A stretch of 64,000 bases of DNA from an uncultured Actinomycetota bacterium (GCA_963701355.1 CAVOZV010000015.1:138680-202679); one strand, 5' to 3'. Positions 10,171 to 20,236 are shown, counted from the first letter of the stretch. Made by a program: numbers and translations. Notes: a model not told the origin generated them from the sequence alone.

Positions 10171-11865
10171 ATGGCTATAGCGATCTCTCCCGCTGACAAC
10201 TCGGTAGGGCGGGGCAGGATGGGGGTCGTGCCGTACCGCCACCGCCTGTTGCTGGAGCTGGATCTCACCGCGCCGCTGGGCGAGCCGAGCCCGGACGACC
10301 CGCTCGACCGGCTGCTGAGTCGCGGCCGGCGGCTGCTTCGGCCGACGCTGCGCGCGCTGCACCGGGCCGGCGACGATCCGCGGGTCGGCGGGCTGATCGC
10401 GAAGGTCGGCGGCGCGCTGCCGTGGACGATGGCCGAGGAGCTCCGAGCCGGCGTCGCCGCCTTCGCGGCGAGCGGCAAACCGACGTACGCCTGGGCGGAG
10501 AGTTTCGGAGAAGGCGGCTCCGGCACGGCCGCGTACGCGCTGGCAGGCGTGTTCGGCGAGCTCTGGCTGCAGCCCGGCGGTGACGTGGCGCTGCTCGGCG
10601 TGGCCGTCGAGACGACGTTCCTGCGCGGTGCGCTCGACAAGCTCGGCGTGACCCCGCAGCTCGAGCAGCGCCACGAGTACAAGAACGCCGCCGATCGGGT
10701 GATGCGGACCGGCTTCACCGAGGCGCACCGGGAGTCGCTGGACCGACTGACCGGGTCGCTGTACGAGACCGCGGTCGCGGCGATCGCCGAGGGTCGTGGG
10801 CTGACCCCGGAACGGGTCCGAGAGCTGGTCGACAGCGGTCCCCGGACGGCGCCCGAGGCGTTGTCGGACGGTCTGGTCGATCGGCTGGGCTATCGGGACC
10901 AGGTGTACGCGGCGGCCCGGGAGGCCGTCGGCGACGAGCCGGTGCTGCTGTTCGCCGACCAGTGGAAGCCGCGCCGCCGGCTCCGCGTGCCGGCGCGCGC
11001 CAAGGCCCACGTGGCCTACGTCCAGGCCCGCGGCTCGATCGGCTCGGGCCGCAGCCGACGTACGCCGATGGGACGCTCGATCGGCAGCGACACCGTCGCC
11101 GCCCAGTTGCGCGCGGCGCTGCGGGACGAGCACGCCCGGGCCGTGCTGCTGCACGTCGACTCGCCCGGTGGCTCGGCGGTCGCCTCGGAGGTGATCTGGC
11201 GGGAGATGGTCCGGCTCCGCGAGGCCGGCCGGACCGTGGTCGTCTCGATGGGCGCGGTGGCGGCGTCAGGTGGGTACTACATCGCCTGCCCGGCGGAGAC
11301 GATCGTGGCGCTGCCCGGCACGCTGACCGGGTCGATCGGGGTGTTCGGCGGCAAGTTCGTGGTCGCCGATCTGCTGGACCGGGTCGGCCTGGCGACCGGT
11401 GCCGTCGAGCAGGGCGATCGGGCGCGAATGTGGTCGCCTCGGCGCACCTTCACCGAGGCCGAGCGCGAGCGGTTGGACGCCGGGCTGGACGCGGTCTACG
11501 ACGATTTCGTCGGCAAAGTGGCCGCGGGCCGGGGCAGGCCGGCGACTGAGATCGAGCCACTGGCCCGCGGCCGGGTCTGGACCGGCGCCGACGCCCTCGG
11601 CATCGGGCTCGTGGACGAGCTGGGCGGCCTGCGGGACGCGCTGCGGATCGCTCGCGAGCGCGCGGGTCTGGACGACGAGGCGCCGGTCCGGCCGGCTCTG
11701 CACGTACCGCCGCTGGCCCGGCTCGGCAAGCCGAAGAACAGCGACGATCCGCGGGCGGTGCAGGTCTCGGTCGCCGCCTCGCTGACCGAGCTCGGCTCCC
11801 TGACCCGGGCTCTCGGACTGCCGGTGGGCACCGAGCTGCGGATGCCGGACATCACCATCCGCTGA
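10171..11865 (+). CDS. sppA: Signal peptide peptidase SppA (67K type, tandem S49 domains)
   Basis: 564-aa ORF. Contains LLHVDSPGGSAVASE and SMGAVAASGGYYIACPAE in the second S49 domain, and a first degenerate domain (GLIAKVGG...YALAGVFGELWLQPGG). The start could be 10171 or ATG 10219. Confidence 0.8.
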   Translation: MAIAISPADNSVGRGRMGVVPYRHRLLLELDLTAPLGEPSPDDPLDRLLSRGRRLLRPTLRALHRAGDDPRVGGLIAKVGGALPWTMAEELRAGVAAFAASGKPTYAWAESFGEGGSGTAAYALAGVFGELWLQPGGDVALLGVAVETTFLRGALDKLGVTPQLEQRHEYKNAADRVMRTGFTEAHRESLDRLTGSLYETAVAAIAEGRGLTPERVRELVDSGPRTAPEALSDGLVDRLGYRDQVYAAAREAVGDEPVLLFADQWKPRRRLRVPARAKAHVAYVQARGSIGSGRSRRTPMGRSIGSDTVAAQLRAALRDEHARAVLLHVDSPGGSAVASEVIWREMVRLREAGRTVVVSMGAVAASGGYYIACPAETIVALPGTLTGSIGVFGGKFVVADLLDRVGLATGAVEQGDRARMWSPRRTFTEAERERLDAGLDAVYDDFVGKVAAGRGRPATEIEPLARGRVWTGADALGIGLVDELGGLRDALRIARERAGLDDEAPVRPALHVPPLARLGKPKNSDDPRAVQVSVAASLTELGSLTRALGLPVGTELRMPDITIR

Positions 11866-12135
11866 CGGCGATGTACCGGCCCCGTCTTCGGAGCCCGTTC
11901 CCGCGCGACCTGGCTCATGCGCGGGCAACTTCGCGCACCGGCGCCGATGCGCGAACTGACCCGCTGGTGCGCCAAGTCGCGAACGACCCTGTTGCGTCCA
12001 TCCGTGTACCCGGGCACACCCATGCCGCCGAAGAAATCTGGGCACCACACGGTGAGGGACCGGACCAGAACAAGGTCACGTCGCCCGGGGACCTTGGACC
12101 CTTCGCCGGTACGCCGCGCCGGAGGAGGCTGAGAG

Positions 12136-13255
12136 ATGGCGCGCCACAGCGGGCGGGGCCATCTGGAGGCGGTGGAGCGGATGAGCAGCATGACCGACAA
12201 CGACCGGGCTGCGTACGGCGCCTGGTATGACTGGCGCAACGCCACCGGGGTGCACGCTCTGCTTGCCGCCGCGATCCTCGCGCCCAGCCCGCACAACACC
12301 CAACCCTGGAAGTTCCGGGTGGACGACGGCGGCATCGACGTGCTGCCGGACGCCGCCAGAGCTTGGGAACCCTCGATCCGCTCGGCCGCGAGCTCCAGCT
12401 CAGCCTCGGTACGGCGGTGGAGAACCTCGTACAGGCCGCCGCGGCCCACGGCTCGGCGACCAGGGTCAGCGTCGTCGAGGATCCGGTCCGCGTCCGGGTC
12501 GACCTCGAACCCGCACCGGGCGACCTGGCGCCGTCGACCGAGCGATCGGTGTTGTACGACGCGATCGGGGATCGGCACACCAACCGTGGCCCGTTCACCG
12601 AGATCGCGGTGCCGGCGGGACTGCTCGCCGACCTCAGCCTGCAGGCGCACCAGAGCGAAGGGCTGGGGGTCCGCTGGCTGACCGAATGGTCGGAGCGCGA
12701 CGCGTTCGGCGAGCTGTTGGTCGAGGCGGCCGGGCGGTGGCCGCCGACGCCCAGCAGTCCGCGGACAACGCCCGCTGGTATCGGCACGGCAGCGACGACA
12801 TCGTCCGGAACCCGGAGGGTCTGACCACCGACGCCCAGGGCCTCGGCACGGTCCGCCGGGCGGTCGCCGCCCTCCATCCGCCGTCCTCCCGGGGCGAGGT
12901 GGACCACTTCTGGATCGAGCAGACCAAGACGGTGCACACCGCGACCGCGTCGGCGTACGGCCTGGTGCTGGTCGACAACCCGAACTCGGTCGAGCGGCGG
13001 GTGTCCGGCGGCCGGCTGCTGCAGCGGATGGAGCTGGCGGCCACGCTGCGGGGGCTCGCCTTCCACCCGATGACCCAGATCACGCAGCGGATCGACCGGG
13101 ACACGACCCTCGGTCGGCAGCCGGCGTACACGCCGCGGGTGGCGGAGTTGATCGGGTCGGACGTACCGCAGCTACTGATCAGCTTCCGGGTGGGCTATCC
13201 GGTCCGCGCCGCCCGGCGCTCGCCGCGCCGCCCCGTGGGGTCGTTCCGGGCCTGA
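12136..13255 (+). CDS. Acg-type (Rv2032-like) tandem nitroreductase-fold protein; frame broken twice as sequenced
   Basis: LAPSPHNTQPWKFRV is in ORF 12136-12681. AIGDRHTNRGPFTE is in ORF 12363-12824. The C-terminal half (NARWYRHGSDDI...AFHPMTQITQRIDRD...FRVGYP) is in the tail of ORF 12227-13255. Switches fall near ~12355 and ~12745. RBS GGAGGAGG sits at 12121-12128. Confidence 0.75.
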
Positions 13256-13345
13256 GTGACCGACGGTCCGTGCTCCGTCGCCGTCTGCTTACGATGGCGT
13301 CGGGTCTACCGCCGACGCCGGCGGAAGACGGACAAGGAGATCGTC

Positions 13346-16234
13346 GTGTCGGAGTTCTCGACGCAGGCGTACAACGCGTGGTGGCAGGCTCGGCTCGACC
13401 TCTGGTCGCAGGTCGAGGAGGAGGCCGACCGGCGGGTGAGATCGGTCGATCCGGAGCGAGCCGAGGCGATGTCCGACGCCATCGCGCACGATCTCGAGAT
13501 CCTCGCCCACATCGAGCGCTACTGGGCCTATCCGGGCAAGGACGGGTTCGGACGAATCGAGGAGCTCTTCCGCACCGGTGGCCCCATCGAGTTCGCTCGC
13601 GCGGCCGCCCAGGTCAAGCGCATGCTCAGCGCGGACTACTCCTACGGTGCGACCGAGGCGCGGACGACGACCGACATGATCTCGGACCCTGTCGAGGCCG
13701 CCGAGCGGGCCGAGTTCGGCGACGCCGATCAGCGCTACTTCGAGGTGCTGGTCGTCGAGCGGATGACGGCCGACCAGGAGCGGGCGTTCCGCGAGGACAT
13801 CCGTCGCTGGCGCCGCCCCGACGACGAGTTCGTCTACGACATCGTCGTGGTCGGCAGCGGCGAGGAGGCCGTCGTCGCGATGTGGATGAACCCGACCATC
13901 CAGGCCTGCGTCATCCGGCGCCGGTTCGGACACGCCTCGACCACCGATCTGAGCCGGCTCGACCAGTTCGTCGACCCGGCGGTGCGTGATCGGCTCGATC
14001 GGCGCTCACCGCAGGAACGCGCCGAGATCCTGGCGAGCGAGCTGGCCGACATCCGGCCGGAGATCGACCTGTACCTGATGACCGAGATCGCGGTCGAGGA
14101 GGTGGCCGGCAGTCTCAGCCAGCACTTCCGCCGGGTGTTCCACGCCCGCGAGGGACTGCTCGAGCTGCACCTGTCCATCCTGGACGGCGTGGCGCACCGC
14201 TACCGCACCCCGTTCTTCGACGCTCTGCGTTCGTACGCCCACCGGCCGACCGGGTCGTTCCATGCGCTGCCCATCGGCCAGGGCAAGTCCGTGGTGAGCT
14301 CGCACTGGATCAAGGACATGGTCGACTTCTACGGCCTCAACATCTTCCTGGCCGAGACCTCGGCCACCGGCGGCGGGCTCGACTCGCTGCTGGAGCCGAC
14401 CGGTCCGCTACGCGAGGCGCAGGATCTGGCCTCGGAGACGTTCGGCTCTGGCCGCTCGTACTTCGTCACCAACGGCACGTCGACGGCGAACAAGATCGTC
14501 GGCCAGGCCAACGTCGGGCCGGGCGACATCGTGCTCGTCGACCGGAACTGCCACCAGTCCCATCACTACGGGCTGATGCTGGCGGGTGCGCAGGTCAGCT
14601 ATCTCGACGCATATCCGCTGAACGAGTACGCGATGTACGGGGCGGTCCCGCTCGCCGAGATCAAGGGCAAGCTGCTCGCCCTCAAGCGGGCGGGCAAGCT
14701 CGATCGCGTCAGGATGCTGATGCTCACCAACTGCACGTTCGACGGCATCCTGTACGACGTCCAGCGGGTGATGGAGGAGTGCCTCGCCATCAAGCCGGAC
14801 CTCGCGTTCTTGTGGGACGAGGCGTGGTTCGCCTTCGGCCGCTTCCACCCGGTCTATCGCACCCGGTCGGCGATGCACGCAGCACAGCGGCTTGCCGAGG
14901 ACCTGCGCGGCCCGGAGCTACGGGAGCGCTTCGAGCGGCAGGCAGCCACGATCGGCTCCGACGACGACAGCCTGCTGAACCAGCGACTGGTGCCCGATCC
15001 GGACCGCGCGCGGGTCCGGGTGTACGCCACCCAGTCGACCCATAAGACGCTGACCTCGCTGCGCCAGGGCTCGATGATCCACGTGTACGACCAGGACTTC
15101 AGCGGCAAGGTCTCCGAGGCGTTCCACGAGGCGTACATGGCGCACACCTCGACGTCGCCCAACTACCAGATCCTCGCCTCGCTGGACATCGGCCGCCGGC
15201 AGGCGGCTCTGGAGGGCTACGAGCTGGTGCAGAAGCAGCTCGAGTCCGCGATGCGGCTGCGGGACGCAATCGACAACCATCCCCTACTGAGCAAGTACAT
15301 GCGCTGCCTGTCCACCGCGGACCTGATCCCGGACGCGTACCGGCCCTCGGGCATCCGGCAGCCACTGCGCAGCGGGCTGCGGAACATGATCACCGCCTGG
15401 GAGCACGACGAGTTCGTGCTCGATCCATCGCGGATCACGTTGTCCATCGGAGCCACCGGCATCGACGGCGCGACGTTCAAGAGCCGGCACCTGATGGACC
15501 GCTTCGGGATCCAGATCAACAAGACCTCGCGTAACACGGTGTTGTTCATGACCAACATCGGCACCTCGCGCAGCTCGGTGGCGTACCTCATCGAGGCGCT
15601 CGTCTCGATCGCCCGTGATCTCGAGCGGAAGTTCGACGAGATGAGTCCGGCGGAGTTCGACGCCCATCGACGCGCCGTACGCCGGCTGACGGCCGCGTCC
15701 GCGCCGCTGCCGAACTTCGGCGGTTTCCACGAGGCGTTCCGCGACCCGGTGGATCCGTCGACCCCCGAGGGCGACATGCGCAAGGCGTTCTTCGGGACGT
15801 ACGCCGACGGTGCGTGCGAGTACCTGCTGCAGGCAGACGTCGAGGAGCGGCTGCGGGCCGGCGAGAGGCTCGTCTCGGCGACCTTCGTCACGCCGTATCC
15901 ACCCGGGTTTCCGGTGCTGGTGCCGGGTCAGGTGATCACCGCGGACGTTCTCGAGTTCATGGCGAGTCTGGACACGCCCGAGGTGCACGGATACGAGGCG
16001 GAGCTGGGATATCGGGTCTATTGCGGATCGGCGCTGCCCGCCGTCGAGGTTCCCGCACGGTCCGGGCTCGGATCGACGCCCGTCGCAGCGGCGGCGCCCG
16101 CGGCGAACGGCGATGGGGGTGGTGACGGTGAAGAGTTCGCCGCGGCGTCGGCCGCGGGGTCCGGATCGCGCGGCTCGCACCGACGCGGCTCCGGGGCAGA
16201 TACCGGCGCCGAGGTCGGCTCAGCCGACGCGTAG
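13346..16234 (+). CDS. Large Orn/Lys/Arg decarboxylase-family (fold I PLP) protein with an N-terminal regulatory domain
   Basis: Motifs: FVTNGTSTANKIV, NCHQSHHYGLML, and YATQSTHKTLTSLRQGSM (S-x-H-K PLP lysine motif). RBS AAGGAGA at 13334-13340 sits 5 nt before GTG 13346. The longer listed ORF start at 13256 is unlikely. Confidence 0.8.
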   Translation: MSEFSTQAYNAWWQARLDLWSQVEEEADRRVRSVDPERAEAMSDAIAHDLEILAHIERYWAYPGKDGFGRIEELFRTGGPIEFARAAAQVKRMLSADYSYGATEARTTTDMISDPVEAAERAEFGDADQRYFEVLVVERMTADQERAFREDIRRWRRPDDEFVYDIVVVGSGEEAVVAMWMNPTIQACVIRRRFGHASTTDLSRLDQFVDPAVRDRLDRRSPQERAEILASELADIRPEIDLYLMTEIAVEEVAGSLSQHFRRVFHAREGLLELHLSILDGVAHRYRTPFFDALRSYAHRPTGSFHALPIGQGKSVVSSHWIKDMVDFYGLNIFLAETSATGGGLDSLLEPTGPLREAQDLASETFGSGRSYFVTNGTSTANKIVGQANVGPGDIVLVDRNCHQSHHYGLMLAGAQVSYLDAYPLNEYAMYGAVPLAEIKGKLLALKRAGKLDRVRMLMLTNCTFDGILYDVQRVMEECLAIKPDLAFLWDEAWFAFGRFHPVYRTRSAMHAAQRLAEDLRGPELRERFERQAATIGSDDDSLLNQRLVPDPDRARVRVYATQSTHKTLTSLRQGSMIHVYDQDFSGKVSEAFHEAYMAHTSTSPNYQILASLDIGRRQAALEGYELVQKQLESAMRLRDAIDNHPLLSKYMRCLSTADLIPDAYRPSGIRQPLRSGLRNMITAWEHDEFVLDPSRITLSIGATGIDGATFKSRHLMDRFGIQINKTSRNTVLFMTNIGTSRSSVAYLIEALVSIARDLERKFDEMSPAEFDAHRRAVRRLTAASAPLPNFGGFHEAFRDPVDPSTPEGDMRKAFFGTYADGACEYLLQADVEERLRAGERLVSATFVTPYPPGFPVLVPGQVITADVLEFMASLDTPEVHGYEAELGYRVYCGSALPAVEVPARSGLGSTPVAAAAPAANGDGGGDGEEFAAASAAGSGSRGSHRRGSGADTGAEVGSADA

Positions 16235-16294
16235 TCGGCGCCGCCGCACGCCGAGCGCGCCCGGTTGTCGGTAGCGGCGGTTACGCTGACGCGC

Positions 16295-17689
16295 ATGTCC
16301 GACCCGGCCCGCGCACAGGTGCTGCGGCTGGCTCCGGACAGCGCGTCGATGCTGGCCGCCGAACGGTTGGCGAGGTCCGGCTCCTGGCGTGAGCTCGGCG
16401 GATCCGAGCGGGGGATCTGGGGGTTGTGCCAGGGCAGCGGCGCGGCGCCGTACGAGACGGTGGTCGAGCTGGTCTCGACCACGGGGACGTGCAGCTGCCC
16501 GAGTCGCAAGCGGCCCTGCAAGCACGTGCTGGCCCTGCTGCTGCTCTGGACCGACGACGGGATCGGGGTCGCGGCCGAGCCGGAGTTCGTGACGCTCTGG
16601 TTCGCGAAGCGGGCAGCGGGCGCCGAGCGAGCCGCGAGCCGGTCCGCCGGGGAGGCTGAGCGCGGCGGAGGGTTGGCCGATCCGGAGGCGGCGGCGAAGC
16701 GAGCCGCCGAGCGTCGGCACCGGGTGGACCTCGGACTGGTCGAGTTGGATGTCTGGCTCGGGGATCAGATCCGGGCCGGACTGGCCGGCCTGCCCCGCGC
16801 GGGCTACCAGCACTTCGACTCGGTCGCCGCTCGGATGGTCGACGCGCAAGCGCCCGGGGTAGCCGGGACGCTGCGCGCGGTGCCCGGCGAGCTGGTCGGG
16901 TCGGACTGGCCGGAGCGCGCGCTGCACGCGCTGGGCGGGCTGCGGATGTTGATCAAGGCACACCAACGAGTCGACCGGTTGCCCGCCGGGTTGGCGGCGA
17001 CCGTCCGTAGCAGGGTCGGTTATCCGGTGGCCAAGGACGACGTGCTGCGAACGACCGGGGTGGCCGATCGCTGGCACGCGCTGGCGGCGGTGGACACCAT
17101 CGACTACCAGCTGGAGAGCCGGCGGGTCTGGCTGCTCGGCGAGCACACCGGACGGTGGGCGATGTGGCTGACCTTCGCGGTTCCCGGGCAGGCGTTCGAT
17201 ACCGCGGTCCAGCCGGGACAGCGGATCGACGCGGACCTGCACTTCTATCCCGGCTCGGGCCAGCACAGGGCGCTGATCGGGGTAGCCCGGAGCATCGAGC
17301 CCGGTCCGTTCCCGCCCGTGGGGTCGTCGTTGGCCGGAGTCCGCGGCCGTTTCGCCGAGCTGCTGGCCGCGGACCCGTGGGCGAGCCGGCTGCCGGCGGT
17401 GGTCCACGGGGTGCCGTTGGCGCCGGAGGATGCCGGATCGCCGTGGCGACTGGTCGACGATGCGGGGGAGAGCTGCGCCCTGGCCGATGGCGGGGTCGAT
17501 CCGTGGGTCCTGCTGGCGCACTCCTGCGGAGATCCCATCGACGTGTTCGGCGAGTGGCACGAGAGTCGGTTGCTGGCACTCTCGGTGCTGTCGGGAACGC
17601 CCGCGGCGTCCGGGTCGCCCGAGCAGTCTCGGTCGCCCGCGCCGTCTGGGGCGGACGTGCTGCCCTCGCGTGCGATGGCGCCGTCCTGA
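16295..17689 (+). CDS. SWIM zinc-finger family protein (first gene of the YehLMPQ-like module)
   Basis: CxCx(n)CxH SWIM motif in TCSCPSRKRPCKHVLALLLLW. ATG 16295 (MSDPARAQVLRL...) is in-frame within ORF 16265-17689. The stop overlaps the next ATG (TGATG at 17687-17691). Confidence 0.8.
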   Translation: MSDPARAQVLRLAPDSASMLAAERLARSGSWRELGGSERGIWGLCQGSGAAPYETVVELVSTTGTCSCPSRKRPCKHVLALLLLWTDDGIGVAAEPEFVTLWFAKRAAGAERAASRSAGEAERGGGLADPEAAAKRAAERRHRVDLGLVELDVWLGDQIRAGLAGLPRAGYQHFDSVAARMVDAQAPGVAGTLRAVPGELVGSDWPERALHALGGLRMLIKAHQRVDRLPAGLAATVRSRVGYPVAKDDVLRTTGVADRWHALAAVDTIDYQLESRRVWLLGEHTGRWAMWLTFAVPGQAFDTAVQPGQRIDADLHFYPGSGQHRALIGVARSIEPGPFPPVGSSLAGVRGRFAELLAADPWASRLPAVVHGVPLAPEDAGSPWRLVDDAGESCALADGGVDPWVLLAHSCGDPIDVFGEWHESRLLALSVLSGTPAASGSPEQSRSPAPSGADVLPSRAMAPS

Positions 17690-18597
17690 TGAGCTGGTCC
17701 GAGATCGTCACCACCGCGTTGCTCGGCACGGGGCGGCGGCCGGTGCCCGAGGACCTACCGGCGTGGGCGGGGTCGGTCGAGCGCGCGCCGGACGCGCACG
17801 GGTCGGCGGAGCGTGGGTCGCCGGAGTCCCGGGTGCTGGACCTGGCAGCCGCGCACCGGGTCGCCGCGCAGGCGGGCCGGCCGCCCGAGCCGGGCTCGCG
17901 CGGTCCGGGCGCCACGGCCGTACCGGCGCAGCGCCTGCCCTTCGCCCCGGTCGAGGCGGACCGGCTGCTCGCGGCGTACCTGACGGCGGGCGACTCCGCC
18001 GCGACGACGCGCTGGCTGGGTGTCTGCGCGCGCCACCGCCGCGGCGCCCGCCCCGAGCACTGGGCGCGGCTGGCCGGACTGGCCTCCCGCTCACCGACGT
18101 ACGACCGGGGTGCGCTGGCCAGCGTGCTCGGCGATCGCGGCCGGTGGTTCGTCCGGCAGAACCCGGACTGGGCGAAGCTGGCGACGCTCCTCGACGCCAG
18201 CGACCGGGCCGTTGCCGACCCGACTCGCGAACCGGGGCCGTCGCCTGATCCCGATCAGGTCCGGAAGGATCCCGAACTGCTACTCGCCGTTCCCGATCCG
18301 TGGCCGTCGTCGTTGTTGGTCGCCGCGCTGACCGGTCTGGCGGAGGGTCGACTGGGCGGCAACCAGCGGCCGTATGCTCGGGCGGTCGGCGGCCGGCTGA
18401 CGGTGGATCAGTACGGCGAGCTGGGCCGGATCGCCACCGGCTTTCTCGAGCTACCGCAGTTGACGCCGGCGCAGCGCCGCGCCGTCCGAAGCCTGTTCGT
18501 CGAGATCGAGAAGGCCGGTTCGGACCGGATCGAGATCGAGCGGGCCTTCGACCCCGCGCTGCCGCGTGTCTTCCGGATCACCATCCCGCATGTCTGA
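17689..18597 (+). CDS. DUF5691-like protein
   Basis: MSWSEIVTTALLGTGRRPVP... through ...RAFDPALPRVFRITIPHV is the in-frame tail of ORF 17155-18597. It is translationally coupled on both sides. The family name comes from remembered annotation of this operon type, not from a search. Confidence 0.6.
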   Translation: MSWSEIVTTALLGTGRRPVPEDLPAWAGSVERAPDAHGSAERGSPESRVLDLAAAHRVAAQAGRPPEPGSRGPGATAVPAQRLPFAPVEADRLLAAYLTAGDSAATTRWLGVCARHRRGARPEHWARLAGLASRSPTYDRGALASVLGDRGRWFVRQNPDWAKLATLLDASDRAVADPTREPGPSPDPDQVRKDPELLLAVPDPWPSSLLVAALTGLAEGRLGGNQRPYARAVGGRLTVDQYGELGRIATGFLELPQLTPAQRRAVRSLFVEIEKAGSDRIEIERAFDPALPRVFRITIPHV

Positions 18598-19723
18598 GCA
18601 GGTCAGGAGCACGATGCCCGACGCGATGCCCGGAGCGATCACCAGCTCGAATCGGCTACGACCGCACGCCGAGCAGGCGTACGCCGCCGAGCTGGTTGCG
18701 CTGGCCGCCGCCGACGACCGGCCCCGGCCGCCGCAGTGGCTGATGTCGCCGTGGGCGGTCGTCACCTATCTGATGGGCGGCGAGCTGGCCGACGGCACGG
18801 TGATCATGCCGAAGTACATCGGCTCACGGCGGCTGATCGAGGTCGCCGTCGCGACCCTGGCGACCGACCGTGGGCTGCTGCTGCTCGGCGTGCCCGGCAC
18901 CGCGAAGTCCTGGGTGTCCGAGCACCTGGCCGCCGCGATCTCCGGCTCCTCGACGCTGATGGTCCAGGGCACGTCGGGGACCCAGGAGGAGGCGATCCGG
19001 TACGGCTGGAACTACGCACGGCTGCTCGCCGAGGGGCCGAGCGAGGCCGCGCTGGTGCCGTCGCCGGTGATGATCGCGATGCGTGAGGGCCGGATCGCCC
19101 GGCTCGAGGAGCTGACCCGGATCGTCAGCGACGTCCAGGATGCGCTGATCACGGTGCTGTCGGAGAAGGTGCTGCCGATTCCGGAGCTCGGCACCGAGGT
19201 CCAGGCGGTCAAGGGGTTCAACGTGATCGCCACCGCCAACGACCGGGACAAGGGCGTCAACGAGCTGTCGTCGGCGCTGCGCCGCCGGTTCAACACCGTC
19301 GTGCTGCCGCTGCCGGCCGATCCGGAGGACGAGGTCCGCATCGTCAGTACGCGGGTGGCCGAGCTGTCGGCCAGCCTGGAGCTGCCAGCCGTGCCGGCCG
19401 CCGAGGACGAGATCCGCCGGGTGGTGACGGTCTTCCGCGAGCTGCGCAGCGGGGTGACCGGGGACGGCCGGACAACGGTGAAGTCGCCGTCCGGCACCCT
19501 GTCCGCAGCCGAGGCGATCTCGGTGATCACCAGCGGTCTCGCTTTGAGCGCCCACTTCGGCGACGGGCGGCTGAGCCCCGACGACGTAGCGGCCGGGATG
19601 GTCGGTGCGATCGTCAAGGACCCGGTGGCGGACGCCGTGGCCTGGACGGAATACCTGGAGCTCGTGGTCCGGAACCGCTCGGGTTGGGGCGAGTTCTACA
19701 GCGCCTGCCGGGAGGTGTCTTGA
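18590..19723 (+). CDS. MoxR-class AAA+ ATPase (AAA_5 / YehL-type)
   Basis: Walker A LLLGVPGTAKS, Walker B region GRIARLEELTRIVSDVQDALITVLSEK, and arginine-rich sensor NELSSALRRRFNTVVL. ATG 18590 overlaps the upstream stop (ATGTCTGA). Confidence 0.85.
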   Translation: MSEQVRSTMPDAMPGAITSSNRLRPHAEQAYAAELVALAAADDRPRPPQWLMSPWAVVTYLMGGELADGTVIMPKYIGSRRLIEVAVATLATDRGLLLLGVPGTAKSWVSEHLAAAISGSSTLMVQGTSGTQEEAIRYGWNYARLLAEGPSEAALVPSPVMIAMREGRIARLEELTRIVSDVQDALITVLSEKVLPIPELGTEVQAVKGFNVIATANDRDKGVNELSSALRRRFNTVVLPLPADPEDEVRIVSTRVAELSASLELPAVPAAEDEIRRVVTVFRELRSGVTGDGRTTVKSPSGTLSAAEAISVITSGLALSAHFGDGRLSPDDVAAGMVGAIVKDPVADAVAWTEYLELVVRNRSGWGEFYSACREVS

Positions 19724-19730
19724 CGGAGGG

Positions 19731-19926
19731 TCACTCGTCTTCGCTGAAGATCTGCTCGATCGGGAGGCCGAAGGTCCGGGCGATCGTGAAGGCGAGCGGC
19801 AGCGACGGGTCGTAGCGGCCTTTTCCAGCGAGTTCACGGTCTGCCGGGAGACATCCAGCTCCTCGGCGAGCCGGGCCTGGCTCCAGCCGCGGGCCTGGCG
19901 CAGCTCGGGCAGCCTGTTGCGCATGG
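19731..19926 (-). CDS. Small XRE-family HTH transcriptional regulator (~64 aa); one frameshift as sequenced
   Basis: The minus strand reads MRNRLPELRQARGWSQARLAEELDVSRQTVNSLEK. After a 1-nt loss in a C/G run near ~19815 it continues GRYDPSLPLAFTIARTFGLPIEQIFSEDE, with the stop at 19731-19733. Confidence 0.75.
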
Positions 19927-19972
19927 TCCGCCTAATACCGCGTAGGCGGCGAGAGCGATCAGCAGCCTGACG

Positions 19973-20215
19973 GTGTATCTGGTCGCTGCACTGATCCTGC
20001 TCAAGACCTTCGACCCGCCGAGTCTCTGGCGCTGGCTGGTGACGGCGCTGCAGTTGCCGGCCATCGCCGGGATCGTGGTCGCCGTCGCCCGGTACGTCGT
20101 CGAGGACGCTTGTCACTCATTGCAGAAACTGTCGAGCTGGTGCGGGCAACACCGGCGTGTCGCTGCCGCAAGTCGACAGTTTCCGGAAGGGGCGGGTGTC
20201 GGAGGGGGTTCCTAG
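19973..20215 (+). CDS. Putative two-helix micro membrane protein, divergent from the XRE gene; 3' end uncertain
   Basis: VYLVAALILLKTFDPPSLWRWLVTALQLPAIAGIVVAVARYVVED. Hand-counted codon-position GC (pos1 ~72%, pos2 ~41%, pos3 ~90%) favours this strand over the antisense ORF 19834-20064. The tail of the ORF runs into repeat element copy a, so the real stop is unclear. Confidence 0.4.
   Translation: MYLVAALILLKTFDPPSLWRWLVTALQLPAIAGIVVAVARYVVEDACHSLQKLSSWCGQHRRVAAASRQFPEGAGVGGGS
20118..20205 (+). repeat. Family-1 palindromic intergenic element, copy a
   Basis: Arms GAAACTGTCGA (20125-20135) and TCGACAGTTTC (20173-20183) are separated by exactly 37 nt. Asymmetric core CCGGCGTGTCGCTGCCGCAAG is at 20152-20172. 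A G-rich flank CGGAAGGGGCGGG follows. Confidence 0.85.
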
Positions 20216-20236
20216 ACTGCCCGCGTAGGAGAGGGG

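Noticed and set aside
13256-13345. N-terminal 30-codon extension of the decarboxylase ORF (start at 13256).
   Set aside because: It starts directly after the stop of the preceding nitroreductase gene. It encodes Cys/Arg-rich sequence and precedes a canonical AAGGAGA SD for GTG 13346.
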